A program made the translations under genes and the position numbers. A stretch of 64,000 nt of DNA, taken from positions 1,888,001 to 1,952,000 of the forward strand of contig CAVUDW010000003.1 of the NCBI GenBank assembly GCA_963740355.1, written 5' to 3'. The number at the start of each line of letters is the position of its first letter. Positions within the stretch are counted from its first letter, which is position 1. Positions 40,380-50,358 of this stretch are shown in pieces. The notes below the pieces were generated by a model, which worked only from the letters and a program-made list of their open reading frames with translations, had not been told where the DNA came from and made no database searches. This DNA comes from an uncultured Gemmatimonadaceae bacterium (GTDB taxonomy: Bacteria; Gemmatimonadota; Gemmatimonadetes; Gemmatimonadales; Gemmatimonadaceae).

Positions 40380-43300
40380 GTGTTCCCTGCTCTCCCGTGT
40401 AACATCGAAGACCGCTACACAGTCGTCGCGGAGCTTGGGCACGGCTCGCACGCCATCGTGTACCGTGCGCATGACCGTCTCCTCGACCGCGAGGTGGCGA
40501 TCAAGGTGCTGCGCGAGGAACTCGTTGGCTCAGACGTGAACGATCGTTTCAAGCGCGAGATCCGTCTCACCTCGAAGCTCGACCATCCAAATATTGCGCA
40601 CGTCTACGGCACCGGAGAGTGGCAGGGTGCACCGTACTTCGTGATCGCGCTCGCACGCGGTCCGTCGCTTGCAGATCGACTCGCGCGAGAGCATCAGCTT
40701 CCTGTTGATGAGGCGCTCACAATTGCGAGACAGGTGGCGGCCGCGCTGGCGCATGCTCACAAGGCGGAGATCATTCATCGTGATGTGAAGCCGGCGAACA
40801 TCCTGCTCACTGCCGAAGGCGCGCTTCTCACAGACTTCGGTGTCGCGCGCGCGATTGAACTGTCACCGGGCACGCTCGCAACCTCCACCGGCACGGCTGT
40901 CGGCACGCTGCTCTACATGAGTCCCGAGCAGTTATGTGCCGAGAAGGGCATCGATGCGCGTAGTGACCAGTACGAACTGGCGCTGGTGCTTTACGAAATG
41001 CTGGCCGGCGTGCCACCGCATGTGGCCGCCAATGCAGAAGGGCTGCGAGGATTGCGCATTATCGGGCAGCACGTGCCGGTACGCGCGCATCGACCGAGTG
41101 TGCCCGTGGCAGTTGAGGACGCGATCGATCGCGCACTTTGCCCGGCCCCGGCGGATCGATTCACTTCGATGCTGGAATTCATTGCAGCGTTGGATGGGAG
41201 CGTGGGGATCTCGAGCGCCTATCGCTCGAGTGGCGCACGCGCTGTGGTTGCACCGGCACCGACACCGGTCACACCTCGGCGATGGCTTCTGCCATCGCTG
41301 ATTGGGGCAGCGGTGCTTGGGGCCGCTGGTCTGGGTGCGGCGAAGTTCTGGCTGGGCACACCGAAGGCAGAGTCTGTGGCGGAGTTTTCAATCGCGGATC
41401 GCTCGACGTTTGCGATCACGATCGCAGGTGACACGACGCGCAGCGCGCCAGTCGCTCGAGCGCTAGCGGATGAGTTACGCGCCTGGGCTGGCATCTCGGC
41501 TGATGTGGTATCGCGCGCCGATGCCCGACGCGCAACGCCGCTCACGACGCGCGTGACTTCGGTGGCAGGCGGTGTGCGGGCCGCGATCACGCTGGGTGGG
41601 GGGTCGTCACGGACTCGGTCGGTGGATGTGCAGTTCCCGGCGGGCGATGGGCTCGATGCGGACTCGTTGCGGCTTCTAGCCGCGCGGGTGTTGATGGCGG
41701 CGATTGTGTCGCCGGACTCGGCGGAACGGTTGACACGTACCGACCGATCAACCGCCGCCGTACGAAGCTATGCCGGCGGGTGGAAGCACCTGCTAGCAGG
41801 TCGCCTCGCGGAGGCAGAAAAGAGCTTCGCGGCATCAGCGCTCCAAAGTAATTCGATTCCGCAGGCAGCGTTGTGGCAGGCAATCGTTGCAAGTTGGCGG
41901 CAGCCACGCGCACCTTCCCAGTGGCGAGACGCAGCGCAAGCAGCCGCTCGGCAATCCGAAAAGCTCAGCGGTCCTGATTCAGCAATCGCCAATGCGCTGC
42001 TCGCCCAAGCAAGCGAACGGATGTCGGACGCATGCGCGCTATTCGAGAGGGCGACGGCGATCGCCGGCGGTGCGTTTGCGGCGTGGTATGGACTCGGAAC
42101 ATGCCTGCAGTCCGATTCAACGGTAGTGCGGTCCGGCAATAGTCCAACAGGGTTTCGCTTTCGCACGTCATCATGGGTCGCCGCCGATGCATACTCGCAG
42201 GCCATACGCCGCTTGCCAGCCCCGTCTCTCGTCCCGCTCTTTTCGACACTGCCGAAAGTCCTGCTTGCACTGAACAGCACGATGCGGCAAGGAACGATGG
42301 CCGGGAGCACGCGACTCTACCGAGGGCTTCCGGGGCTAGTTGGTGACTCGGTGTCGGTATTCCCAGTGCCGCTTGACGTCATGGAGTCTGGAGGGACAGG
42401 AAGCCTGCCGCGGTCGTACCAGCGTGCAATTCGCCGCGCCCGCGTTCGGCTGCTCGAGCTACAAACCGAGCTCGCGGCTCGCGCCCCGCAAAGCCTGGCG
42501 GCACAACTGGGCCTCGCTCGTGCGTTAGAGTACTCTGGGATTCTGAGCGTTTCCGGGAACGAAGCATCTGCGCTTCGAGCACTCGAGGAAGCGCGCAAAC
42601 TGGCGCGAGCGCATGACGACTCGCTAGAGATCGGGCTCGCCGAAGTTCGCGTCCGCTTGCGGCTGGCAGACTACCCTGGTGCGCACCGTGTCGGCTCGAC
42701 GCTACTGTTCGGCGCCGCCCGATTCGGAGCCGAAGAGTCACAGCGCCTCGCACCGGTTGCTCTCCTGCTCGGTCAGGACTCTCTTGCGGAAGAGCTTCTG
42801 GCACGCGGGAGTGAAAGCGCAGCGACTTCAACAGATAATCTGCCGCGCTTCCTGGCTCAGAAATACGCCTCCTTTACAGTCGCAGCTGCGCTTGGACTCT
42901 GCGACTCCGCTGCTCGACGGCGAGGGGAGCTGGAAGTTGCGCTGAACTCGCAGTATTCCCCGTCGGAGATCGCAGTCGCATCACGACGATGGATCTCTCC
43001 TGGCGACTGGCTAAGTCTGACTTGCCACGACTCGGTGGTTCCGACTGATGCAGAACCGACTGAGCCTCTGTTTCGCGCAATCGTGAAGCTTCGTGGCGGT
43101 CAGGGAGCAGCTGCGGCACGCGCACTCAAGCAAGACATCGCCAGCCGAGACGGCGCAGCCAATAGTGCTCTCGCTTGGGACACGCGATTCGCGGAAATCT
43201 GGCTCCTGACGTCCGCCGGAGACACTGTCGCAGCGCGCAACCGACTCGCACAGTCTCTTGACGATGTGAGCGGTACGATGGATTACGTGCTGTTCAATAT

Positions 43301-43424
43301 CGCGCACGCTGCCGGGCTGAGGCGTACGCTCGAGCTGTGCGTTCAGGTCGCGGAGAATTCCGGTACGCGAACGTCTAAGAAGGCATGCAACGGTGCGCTG
43401 GCTGCGTTGACGACAGGCAGGTGA
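40380..43424 (+). CDS. membrane Ser/Thr protein kinase with helical (TPR-like) C-terminal region
   Basis: ELGHGS, VAIK, HRDVKPAN, DFG, SPE; TM LLPSLIGAAVLGAAGLG; start could be 40335. Confidence 0.9.
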   Translation: MFPALPCNIEDRYTVVAELGHGSHAIVYRAHDRLLDREVAIKVLREELVGSDVNDRFKREIRLTSKLDHPNIAHVYGTGEWQGAPYFVIALARGPSLADRLAREHQLPVDEALTIARQVAAALAHAHKAEIIHRDVKPANILLTAEGALLTDFGVARAIELSPGTLATSTGTAVGTLLYMSPEQLCAEKGIDARSDQYELALVLYEMLAGVPPHVAANAEGLRGLRIIGQHVPVRAHRPSVPVAVEDAIDRALCPAPADRFTSMLEFIAALDGSVGISSAYRSSGARAVVAPAPTPVTPRRWLLPSLIGAAVLGAAGLGAAKFWLGTPKAESVAEFSIADRSTFAITIAGDTTRSAPVARALADELRAWAGISADVVSRADARRATPLTTRVTSVAGGVRAAITLGGGSSRTRSVDVQFPAGDGLDADSLRLLAARVLMAAIVSPDSAERLTRTDRSTAAVRSYAGGWKHLLAGRLAEAEKSFAASALQSNSIPQAALWQAIVASWRQPRAPSQWRDAAQAAARQSEKLSGPDSAIANALLAQASERMSDACALFERATAIAGGAFAAWYGLGTCLQSDSTVVRSGNSPTGFRFRTSSWVAADAYSQAIRRLPAPSLVPLFSTLPKVLLALNSTMRQGTMAGSTRLYRGLPGLVGDSVSVFPVPLDVMESGGTGSLPRSYQRAIRRARVRLLELQTELAARAPQSLAAQLGLARALEYSGILSVSGNEASALRALEEARKLARAHDDSLEIGLAEVRVRLRLADYPGAHRVGSTLLFGAARFGAEESQRLAPVALLLGQDSLAEELLARGSESAATSTDNLPRFLAQKYASFTVAAALGLCDSAARRRGELEVALNSQYSPSEIAVASRRWISPGDWLSLTCHDSVVPTDAEPTEPLFRAIVKLRGGQGAAAARALKQDIASRDGAANSALAWDTRFAEIWLLTSAGDTVAARNRLAQSLDDVSGTMDYVLFNIAHAAGLRRTLELCVQVAENSGTRTSKKACNGALAALTTGR

Positions 43425-43481
43425 TTGGCGGGTGATTGGCGGGTGCCGACGTGTTTCCACGACCTTCTACGGAGACTGCAC

Positions 43482-44329
43482 GTGAAATTGATTCTCATTG
43501 CGGGACTACTTGTGGTGGGCGTGCGCTCGACTCCAATTGTCAATTCGCAAACCACTTTCGTGGACGACTGTGAGGTCGGGAGCACAGATTCAACAAAGCA
43601 GTGCGACAATCTGCTTCCGCCTGATTTTGATCGATCGAAAGGGGATGTGGCGCTCTCAAGCCTAGCAGATTTCGTCTCCAAGATTCCGATGCAACAGAAG
43701 GCGGTGACTCAGTCCCGCAAGTCGCAGTGGTTTCCGTGCAACCTGTCAAGTTCCAGCACCAAGAATCTATCAGTCACCTACTCCGTGCCTGAGGCGATGA
43801 AACGATTCCCGCGCGCTGGCACCGGTGATAGGGACATCGTGACGGCGTATTTCGCCGTCAACAGTGACAAGGGCTGCTGGGAGCACAAATACGGAGTGAT
43901 GAGGGAAACAAAAGGCAGGACACGAGTCGTACAGTTCGCGACGTTGTCCATGCCTGACGCTGCTCCTTCCACAATTTCGTCCGATCACTGGCTCGGTCGC
44001 TGGAGGACGTGGGCGATCACAGCTCGGAAGGTGAACAACCAGCTTAGCGAGTACCAGCTCGACGAGCTCGAGCACGGGGACTATGTCTGGTGCTTTGACA
44101 CCAAGAGCGAAGACAACGTCTTTGGCTTTCTGGGTGCGAAGGCGCACGTGCATTTCACGCGTTGGTGATGGAAAAGCGATTCGGTGATCTCTCGCTGGCG
44201 AATCTGGTCGAAGCGTATAATGCGGATAGCGCCGCGATTCTTAATGCGCTGCCTCGTGGACTTCCATCAAAGGAAGTGGCCGATGCGTGGGCCCGTTGCG
44301 GAAAGCTGGGGTGCTGCGCGTTACAGTGA
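43482..44329 (+). pseudogene. secreted Cys-containing hypothetical protein, apparent frameshift near 44133
   Basis: GGAG then GTG 43482, signal-like N-terminus; frame 1 stops at 44168 but the -1 frame reads CEGARAFH...WARCGKLGCCALQ* to 44329. Confidence 0.6.
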
Positions 44330-44424
44330 GAGACGGGCTCGCGATCGAGGTTTGCCAGGATGATCTGAGGGTGCGGACCATTGATGCGACCCCGAGCAGC
44401 AGCTGGATGCCGTGCCGCAGCTCG

Positions 44425-44880
44425 TTAGAATTGCCGTCGCTTGTCGGTAGCGCCATGGTCCCCCGTCACCCGCAACGCATCCTCCTGATGCGTCTCACTC
44501 CGATTATCACTCGGTAGCACGCCGAGGTCGTTCAGCACCAGCCCAAACGCATCCGGCACCATCGCAGGCCAGCGAAACAGGCCTTCGAGCCGGATCAGTG
44601 GTCGAGGCGTGCGCCCAGTCCCCGTGTAACGCCGACGCGCCCAGAGCTCGTACACGAAGACGATGCAGCCGCCAAAGACTGCGAAGACCGCCCATGTGGT
44701 GAGTGCATCGCGCCACGGCAAATCGTACAACATCCACGCCAGCACCGCATAGCTCAGGAGCATGCCCATGGTTCCCATGCCACGTCGCAACGCGGCGTTC
44801 AGCACGACCGAGACGGTGGTCCAGAGCAGGATCCCGAAGAGCGCGATCGCCCACATGATGTTGACGTGGAAGTACGTCAT
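44425..44880 (-). CDS. hypothetical membrane protein
   Basis: Three TM helices from ATG 44880 (MTYFHVNIMW). Confidence 0.65.
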   Translation of the reverse strand: MTYFHVNIMWAIALFGILLWTTVSVVLNAALRRGMGTMGMLLSYAVLAWMLYDLPWRDALTTWAVFAVFGGCIVFVYELWARRRYTGTGRTPRPLIRLEGLFRWPAMVPDAFGLVLNDLGVLPSDNRSETHQEDALRVTGDHGATDKRRQF

Positions 44881-45107
44881 AGGTCGGCCACGGCTCGGGT
44901 TAGCGTATCGATGAGTATGGGTGATGGCCCAGCGCACCGCCACTCGCCCAATCCCTTCTAGCGAAGCGCCACAGAAGGGAGCGTTTTCCGCGTGTCCGAT
45001 GTTCTGCCTTTGTTCGTCGGGTGACCCCGCCGCCAGCGCATGGCGTCCGCAGCCAGTAGGGCGCTTTCCTGGCGCGTCTGCACTGTGCTGCGGCCGCATC
45101 CGCTCGA

Positions 45108-45134
45108 TGTCGATCGGACTGACTCTCGCCCGTC
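45108..45134 (+). promoter_or_regulatory. ECF42-type promoter
   Basis: TGTCGA-N17-CGTC upstream of the YciI/DGPF gene. Confidence 0.75.
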
Positions 45135-45190
45135 ATGGGTTGCGGCACTCACGCCGGGTGCCCGCGCCAAACATCAACGGAGCCGCCAAC

Positions 45191-45553
45191 GTGAAATACG
45201 CGATCATCGTCTACGAAACACCCGAAGAGATTGCGGCCCGCGAGGATCCGGCGCGCGTCGCGTTCTACTGGTCAGCGTACACCGCCTACTCGCAGGCGCT
45301 GGTGGCGGCCGGGGTGGCGGCAGGCGGGGCGGGATTGCAGCCGCCGGCGGCAGCGACCACCATCCGACTGCGCGACGGCCACCGCCAAGTGCAGGACGGG
45401 CCCTTCGCCGACACCAAGGAAGTGCTCGGCGGCCTCTTCATGATCGACGTGCCCGATCTCGACTCCGCTCTCGAATGGGCCGCGAGATGCCCATCCGCCT
45501 CCAGCGGGTCGGTCGAAGTGCGACCGATGTTGCCCCCTCCGCCAGGCGTGTGA
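45191..45553 (+). CDS. YciI/DGPF domain protein
   Basis: ATTIR...DGPFADTKEVLGG, ALEWA..CP, VEVRP. Confidence 0.93.
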   Translation: MKYAIIVYETPEEIAAREDPARVAFYWSAYTAYSQALVAAGVAAGGAGLQPPAAATTIRLRDGHRQVQDGPFADTKEVLGGLFMIDVPDLDSALEWAARCPSASSGSVEVRPMLPPPPGV

Positions 45554-46770
45554 GCGACGGCGTACATGCAGCCGTCGAACTGGCCGCTCGTACATCGTAC
45601 GGGCGGCTGGTCGCGTTGCTTTCATCGCGGTCGCGAGATGTCGCGGCCGCTGAAGATGCGCTGAATGACGCCTTCCTGCGTGCACTGCGCTCCTGGCCTC
45701 GCGATGGTGTGCCGACCAATCCAGACGCGTGGCTACTGGCAGCGGCGCGCCGACGACTCATCGATGCATCACGCCACCATGCCGTGCACGCGAAGGTCGA
45801 ACCCGAACTCGCGTATGCTGCGGCGTTCACCGACTCACTGTCAGACGGACGTGTGTTGCCGGACCGCCGTCTCGAGTTGCTCTTCGCCTGTGCGCATCCG
45901 GCGATCGATCCGGCGATCCGGACGCCCCTGATGCTGCAGACTGTCCTCGGCCTTGATGCCACATCGATTGCCGGCGCCTTCCTCGTCGCGCCGACGGCCA
46001 TGGCGCAGCGCCTCGTGCGCGCAAAGCGGAAGATTCGTGATGCTGGAGTGCCATTCGAAATACCGGACGCCGAACATCTGGCGCAGCGACTCGACGCGGT
46101 GCTCGAAGCGATATACGCCGCGTTCGGGACCGGGTGGGATGCCGTCGACGGCAGCGACCCGCAACGCGCCGACCTCACCGGCGAGGCGATCTTCCTTGGC
46201 AGACTAGTGGTTGACTCGCTCCCTGACGCCGCGGAAGCGCTTGGCCTGCTCGCATTGATGCTCTACTGCCAGGCACGCCACGGCGCGCGCCGGGACGCAA
46301 CGAATGCGTACGTGCCACTCGCGAGACAGCACCGATCGGCATGGGATCACCAGATGATTGGCGAGGCAGAGTCCCTGTTGCAGCGCGCCGCACTGCTGCA
46401 GCGGCCGGGGCGATTCCAGATCGAGGCGGCGATCCAGTCGGCCCATCTCGGGCGAGTGCTCGATCCGGCACACGATCCGCATTCGATCGTGACGCTGTAC
46501 GATGCACTGCTGCGCTTCGCCCCCACGATTGGCGCGCTCGTCAATCGTGCAGCCGCCATCGCGGTGGCCTCCGGACCTCAGGCAGGGCTGGCGGCGACGG
46601 AGTGCATCCCGCAGGACCTCGTCGAAGCCTACCAGCCGTGGTGGGCACTCCGTGCGCACCTGTTGCAGTCGCTCGGCAGGGTCGATGAGGCGCGCACGGT
46701 GCGGCTGCGCGCCGCCGGCATGACACAGGATCCGGCGGTGCGTGCATTCCTGCTCGGCGGCAAGGGCTAG
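45550..46770 (+). CDS. ECF sigma factor with C-terminal TPR extension (ECF42-type)
   Basis: AEDAL..AF..AL..WP..GVP.NP.AWL, LFAC.HPA, AMAQRLVRAK, Q.EAAI..H; GTGA overlap with DGPF gene. Confidence 0.92.
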   Translation: MSDGVHAAVELAARTSYGRLVALLSSRSRDVAAAEDALNDAFLRALRSWPRDGVPTNPDAWLLAAARRRLIDASRHHAVHAKVEPELAYAAAFTDSLSDGRVLPDRRLELLFACAHPAIDPAIRTPLMLQTVLGLDATSIAGAFLVAPTAMAQRLVRAKRKIRDAGVPFEIPDAEHLAQRLDAVLEAIYAAFGTGWDAVDGSDPQRADLTGEAIFLGRLVVDSLPDAAEALGLLALMLYCQARHGARRDATNAYVPLARQHRSAWDHQMIGEAESLLQRAALLQRPGRFQIEAAIQSAHLGRVLDPAHDPHSIVTLYDALLRFAPTIGALVNRAAAIAVASGPQAGLAATECIPQDLVEAYQPWWALRAHLLQSLGRVDEARTVRLRAAGMTQDPAVRAFLLGGKG

Positions 46771-46783
46771 GGGCCGCAGCCGA

Positions 46784-46810
46784 TGTCGATCCGACAAACG
46801 GTTGGACGTC
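46784..46810 (+). promoter_or_regulatory. ECF42-type promoter
   Basis: TGTCGA-N17-CGTC upstream of the second YciI-like gene. Confidence 0.75.
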
Positions 46811-46871
46811 ATTCCGATGTGAGCCGCGATTCCGCGGCACAGATGTTCCTTCCCACATTGGAGTTTTCACC

Positions 46872-47339
46872 ATGCGTCCGTCTTCCCTGCAACTGGTCGT
46901 TGCTGCCGCGCTCATCGCCGCACCATTGCTCACTCCGCATGATGCACTGGCGCAGCCGCACGCACCTGTCCAGTCAGCGGCAGTTGAGCAGCAATTCACG
47001 ATCCTGATCTTCGAAAGCCCCGCACTGCTCGCAACACGCAATGGAGCGCAGCAGGATGCGTACTGGAGCAGTTACGATGAGTTTGCAGCAGCACTGGTGC
47101 GTGGCGGCGTCCTGCGCGGTGGTTCAGCGCTCAGTGAAACGACAGCGTCAACCGTTCGCGGTACTGGCTCTGTGGACGCGGCGGTACGCGGGGCACGGCT
47201 TGGCGGCTACTTCGTCATTGCCGCGAAGGACATCACCGACGCGAATCGGTGGGCGAGTCTGGCGCCGAAGGCTGCATTGCTGGTCGAAGTTCGACCGCAC
47301 CGCAACAATCCACACATGGCGCAGATGGCACCGCGGTGA
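46872..47339 (+). CDS. YciI-like protein with signal peptide
   Basis: N-terminal signal peptide (ALA), LGGYFVI, VEVRP; DGPF motif absent. Confidence 0.8.
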   Translation: MRPSSLQLVVAAALIAAPLLTPHDALAQPHAPVQSAAVEQQFTILIFESPALLATRNGAQQDAYWSSYDEFAAALVRGGVLRGGSALSETTASTVRGTGSVDAAVRGARLGGYFVIAAKDITDANRWASLAPKAALLVEVRPHRNNPHMAQMAPR

Positions 47340-47420
47340 TCTGCCGCCGTTGCTCGGAGGCGCGGCTGTCCAGCGCTCGCCGATGGCATGTCATGGCGTG
47401 CCAAGGCGAGCGCTGCATGC

Positions 47421-48314
47421 CTACGGCTTGCGCGTCCCCGTCGCCTCGAGCGCGTCGTCGTCCAGCCGCACGGTGAATGTGGTCGGCTGTCCCGCGACGC
47501 GGCGGAAGGTGAACATCATGTCCGGCCGCAACACTTCGTAGATCGTGCCATCCTTGTCGTACAAGCCGGGAGTGAAGATCTCCGGCCCGACGCGAATCAG
47601 CGCGAAGGTTTGCATGTAGTCGTCGTTCGGGTCCCATCGTGCCTTCAGCGTCTTGTTCTCATACGTGACGATGAACGTGCTCACTCCGGTCCCGGAGGTC
47701 GGCTTCGCTTCGCGATACTCGTAGCGGCCAACGTACAGCTGTGCCTCGGCTTCCGGCAAGGTGGAATCCAGCGATGGAATGACGCCGACCTTCAGCGTCG
47801 CACGTGTCGTGCCCCACTGCATCACGAGGGTCCCGCCGCTGACGGTGAGTTCGGGCATCGACCAGGTGAGCACATCGACGAATGGCGCCTCGCTGACAGG
47901 CGTCGGTACGCGAATCTGTGCGGCGTTCGAATCGGGTGGGTCCATATGGAAGATGTGCCACTTCGGTTCGAGCACCGTCGTCCAGTCCCCCTTCTCGTGC
48001 AGCACCATCCACACGGAATACTTGCCCTTCGGCACAGCTCGCCCGTTGAGCGTCACGTCCTTGCTCAGTTCCAGCACCGTCGCCCAGTTGGCCCCCGGCG
48101 TCCACACCTCGCCCCAATGCGCCGCGCGCGTGCCGAACAGTGGGTTTCGCCCACGCGTTCGTGGCCGCGAATACGTCACGCTGATCTTGGTGCCGTCAAT
48201 GACCTGGGTCATCGAACCGAGTTCACTGGCGCGGATCTGGGCGTGCGCGTCGCTGGGTGTGGAGAACAGCGCACCAATTCCGACGATCACGGCGAGACGA
48301 ACGAGTGGGCGCAT
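47421..48314 (-). CDS. DUF2911-like secreted protein
   Basis: RAS, I.V.YSRP..RGR..FG, VWTPGAN.AT, G.YS.W. Confidence 0.85.
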   Translation of the reverse strand: MRPLVRLAVIVGIGALFSTPSDAHAQIRASELGSMTQVIDGTKISVTYSRPRTRGRNPLFGTRAAHWGEVWTPGANWATVLELSKDVTLNGRAVPKGKYSVWMVLHEKGDWTTVLEPKWHIFHMDPPDSNAAQIRVPTPVSEAPFVDVLTWSMPELTVSGGTLVMQWGTTRATLKVGVIPSLDSTLPEAEAQLYVGRYEYREAKPTSGTGVSTFIVTYENKTLKARWDPNDDYMQTFALIRVGPEIFTPGLYDKDGTIYEVLRPDMMFTFRRVAGQPTTFTVRLDDDALEATGTRKP

Positions 48315-48382
48315 TGCTCGTGGGGTTCAGTGGCGAGTGCGTGCGAAACGGCTACGGACACCTGCGAAAATCGACGTCCTCG

Positions 48383-48841
48383 TCAACCGAATTGCGCGTC
48401 CACCGCGACCCGAATCTGCGCCAGCGTCTGCCCTTCACCGTGTAGTCGCACCGCGAGCCGGCCGGTGCCCTGACAGATAGGACACATCGTGGCCATCGCC
48501 TCGCCTTCGTAGCAGCTGAGAAGCGAGTAGTACCCAGGTAGCTCCGCACAGCCACAACTGCACCGGATGCCGTCGGCAATTGTCGGGATGGCGCGAATGC
48601 CATCGAAGAGTTGCTGCAGGTGCGGCCACTTGGCCAGCGCCGCGCCGCTCAGCACCTTGGCGCCGGTGATCCCGTCTCGGGGCGTCGGATGAATACCTGT
48701 CGAACGCGTGTGCGCTCGACCGTCGCCACACATCCCCCGTAAACCAATCGCGGACGGATTCACGCGGGTATCACGCGTCCTGAACCACGCGCCCACCCCG
48801 ACGTAGCCAGCGACAGCAAGGAATGCCCGACGGTTCAGCAT
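48383..48841 (-). CDS. PCYCGC-motif-like Cys-rich exported protein
   Basis: Tat-like NRRAFL, CSCGC, SLLSCY, CPIC. Confidence 0.75.
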   Translation of the reverse strand: MLNRRAFLAVAGYVGVGAWFRTRDTRVNPSAIGLRGMCGDGRAHTRSTGIHPTPRDGITGAKVLSGAALAKWPHLQQLFDGIRAIPTIADGIRCSCGCAELPGYYSLLSCYEGEAMATMCPICQGTGRLAVRLHGEGQTLAQIRVAVDAQFG

Positions 48842-48987
48842 CTGCAGAGCTCCAGAATCGGTGGCCTCCAGAACATACCGTGGACACAATCCGCCCGCGA
48901 TGGGGAGGCAACAGCGGTCGAGGCAGGACGCTCCGGCCTACGGCACCGTCGCCGAGATAGGTACGTTCGCGACGCAGAGCCGTGCGG

Positions 48988-50358
48988 CTACGCGGACGTC
49001 CCCCACAGCTCTGCCATCGCGGCCGCAAACGGCGCGGCAGTCTCGCGGGGCGGCACCCATCGCCCGGCACACATCATCCGTGAGAACGGCTGCGCCACGC
49101 CAGCGAAGACCAGCCCGTCGAGCAGATGCGTTGCGGGAAGTCCGATCAGCGCAGGGTCGGCGTCATTGACGACCAACAAATCCGCGCGCGCGCCGACGAC
49201 CAGTCCCCACCGCGATTGACCAACTGCTGCCGCACCGCCAGCAAGACAACGATCGAAGAGTCTGGCCGCGGTGCTCGGTGTCGTATCTGGCTCGGCTGAC
49301 ACATTGCGCTGTCGCAGCGACAGCCGCTGCCCGTACTCCAGTAGTCGCAGTTCTTCGGGCCAGCTGCGCGTGACGTGACTGTCGGTGCCGAGCGAGATCG
49401 GCGTGTCACTCTGCAGCCAGCGCGGAAGATCGCAGAGCCCATCGCCGAGGTTGGCTTCGGTGCCAGGGCACAACACGACACCGGCGCCGGTCACCGCGAC
49501 CGCCTCGATCTCCGCCGGCGTGGCGTGTGTGGCGTGCACCAGCTGCCAGCGCGCGTCCAGCGCGAACTCGCGCGTCAACCACTCGATTGGCCGCAAGCCT
49601 GTCGCTGCGAGGCAGTCCTCCACCTCGCTGGTCTGCTCGGCGATGTGGAGGTGGATCGGTGCGCTGTCGCCTTCGCACGCGGCAACGAGTTCGCGCATGG
49701 ACGTCGGCGTTGCCGCACGCAACGAGTGAATCGCCACGCCGGCGTCGATATTCGGCAGCTTCCAGCCGCGAACAGTCTCGCGCAGCGTCTGCACCCGGGC
49801 CACGTCGGTCGCGAAACGGCGCTGATCGTCGCGCAACAGCGGCTGGCTGAAACCCGCGCGCTCGTACAAGACCGGCAGGATCGTCAGGCCGATGCCAGTC
49901 TCCTGCGCGGCGCGTGCGAGCGCTTCGCTCATCGCCGCATCGTCCCCACCGTGCATCGAGTACGGCTTCCCATCCTCGCCATGATGCAGATAGTGGAACT
50001 CGCAGGTGTGTGTGAAGCCGCCGGCGAGCAACTCTGCGTACAGATGGGTGGCGACAGCAAACAACTGATCTGGCGTGATGCGGAGCGCGACAGCGTACAT
50101 ACGGTCGCGCCAGCTCCAGAAATCATCGCGCACACTGTCTCGACGTTCAGACTGGCCGACGAATGCGCGCTGGAATGCATGGCTGTGTGCGTTGATCATC
50201 CCGGGCAGCACCGCGCCCGACAGGACCTCTGCCTGCGCCGGGCACGGAGTATCGGCACTGACCTCTGTCCAGTGACCGTGATCGTCGGCGCGCAGCGTCA
50301 CCGCACTGGCCCAGCTGCCGTTGATCCACGCTTTCGGCGCCCAGAACAAAGTGCTCAT
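48988..50358 (-). CDS. hutF: formimidoylglutamate deiminase
   Basis: NAHSHAFQR, FWSWR..MY, EFHYLHH, HSLRA, HIAEQ..EV, TEANLGDG, G.DS. Confidence 0.95.
   Translation of the reverse strand: MSTLFWAPKAWINGSWASAVTLRADDHGHWTEVSADTPCPAQAEVLSGAVLPGMINAHSHAFQRAFVGQSERRDSVRDDFWSWRDRMYAVALRITPDQLFAVATHLYAELLAGGFTHTCEFHYLHHGEDGKPYSMHGGDDAAMSEALARAAQETGIGLTILPVLYERAGFSQPLLRDDQRRFATDVARVQTLRETVRGWKLPNIDAGVAIHSLRAATPTSMRELVAACEGDSAPIHLHIAEQTSEVEDCLAATGLRPIEWLTREFALDARWQLVHATHATPAEIEAVAVTGAGVVLCPGTEANLGDGLCDLPRWLQSDTPISLGTDSHVTRSWPEELRLLEYGQRLSLRQRNVSAEPDTTPSTAARLFDRCLAGGAAAVGQSRWGLVVGARADLLVVNDADPALIGLPATHLLDGLVFAGVAQPFSRMMCAGRWVPPRETAAPFAAAMAELWGTSA

Noticed and set aside
45040..45549. Long N-terminal extensions in the ORF track (also from 52203, 53102, 15729, 25462, 62820, 59383)
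   Set aside because: They overlap upstream genes or regulatory DNA; downstream starts with an RBS or stop/start overlap fit better.
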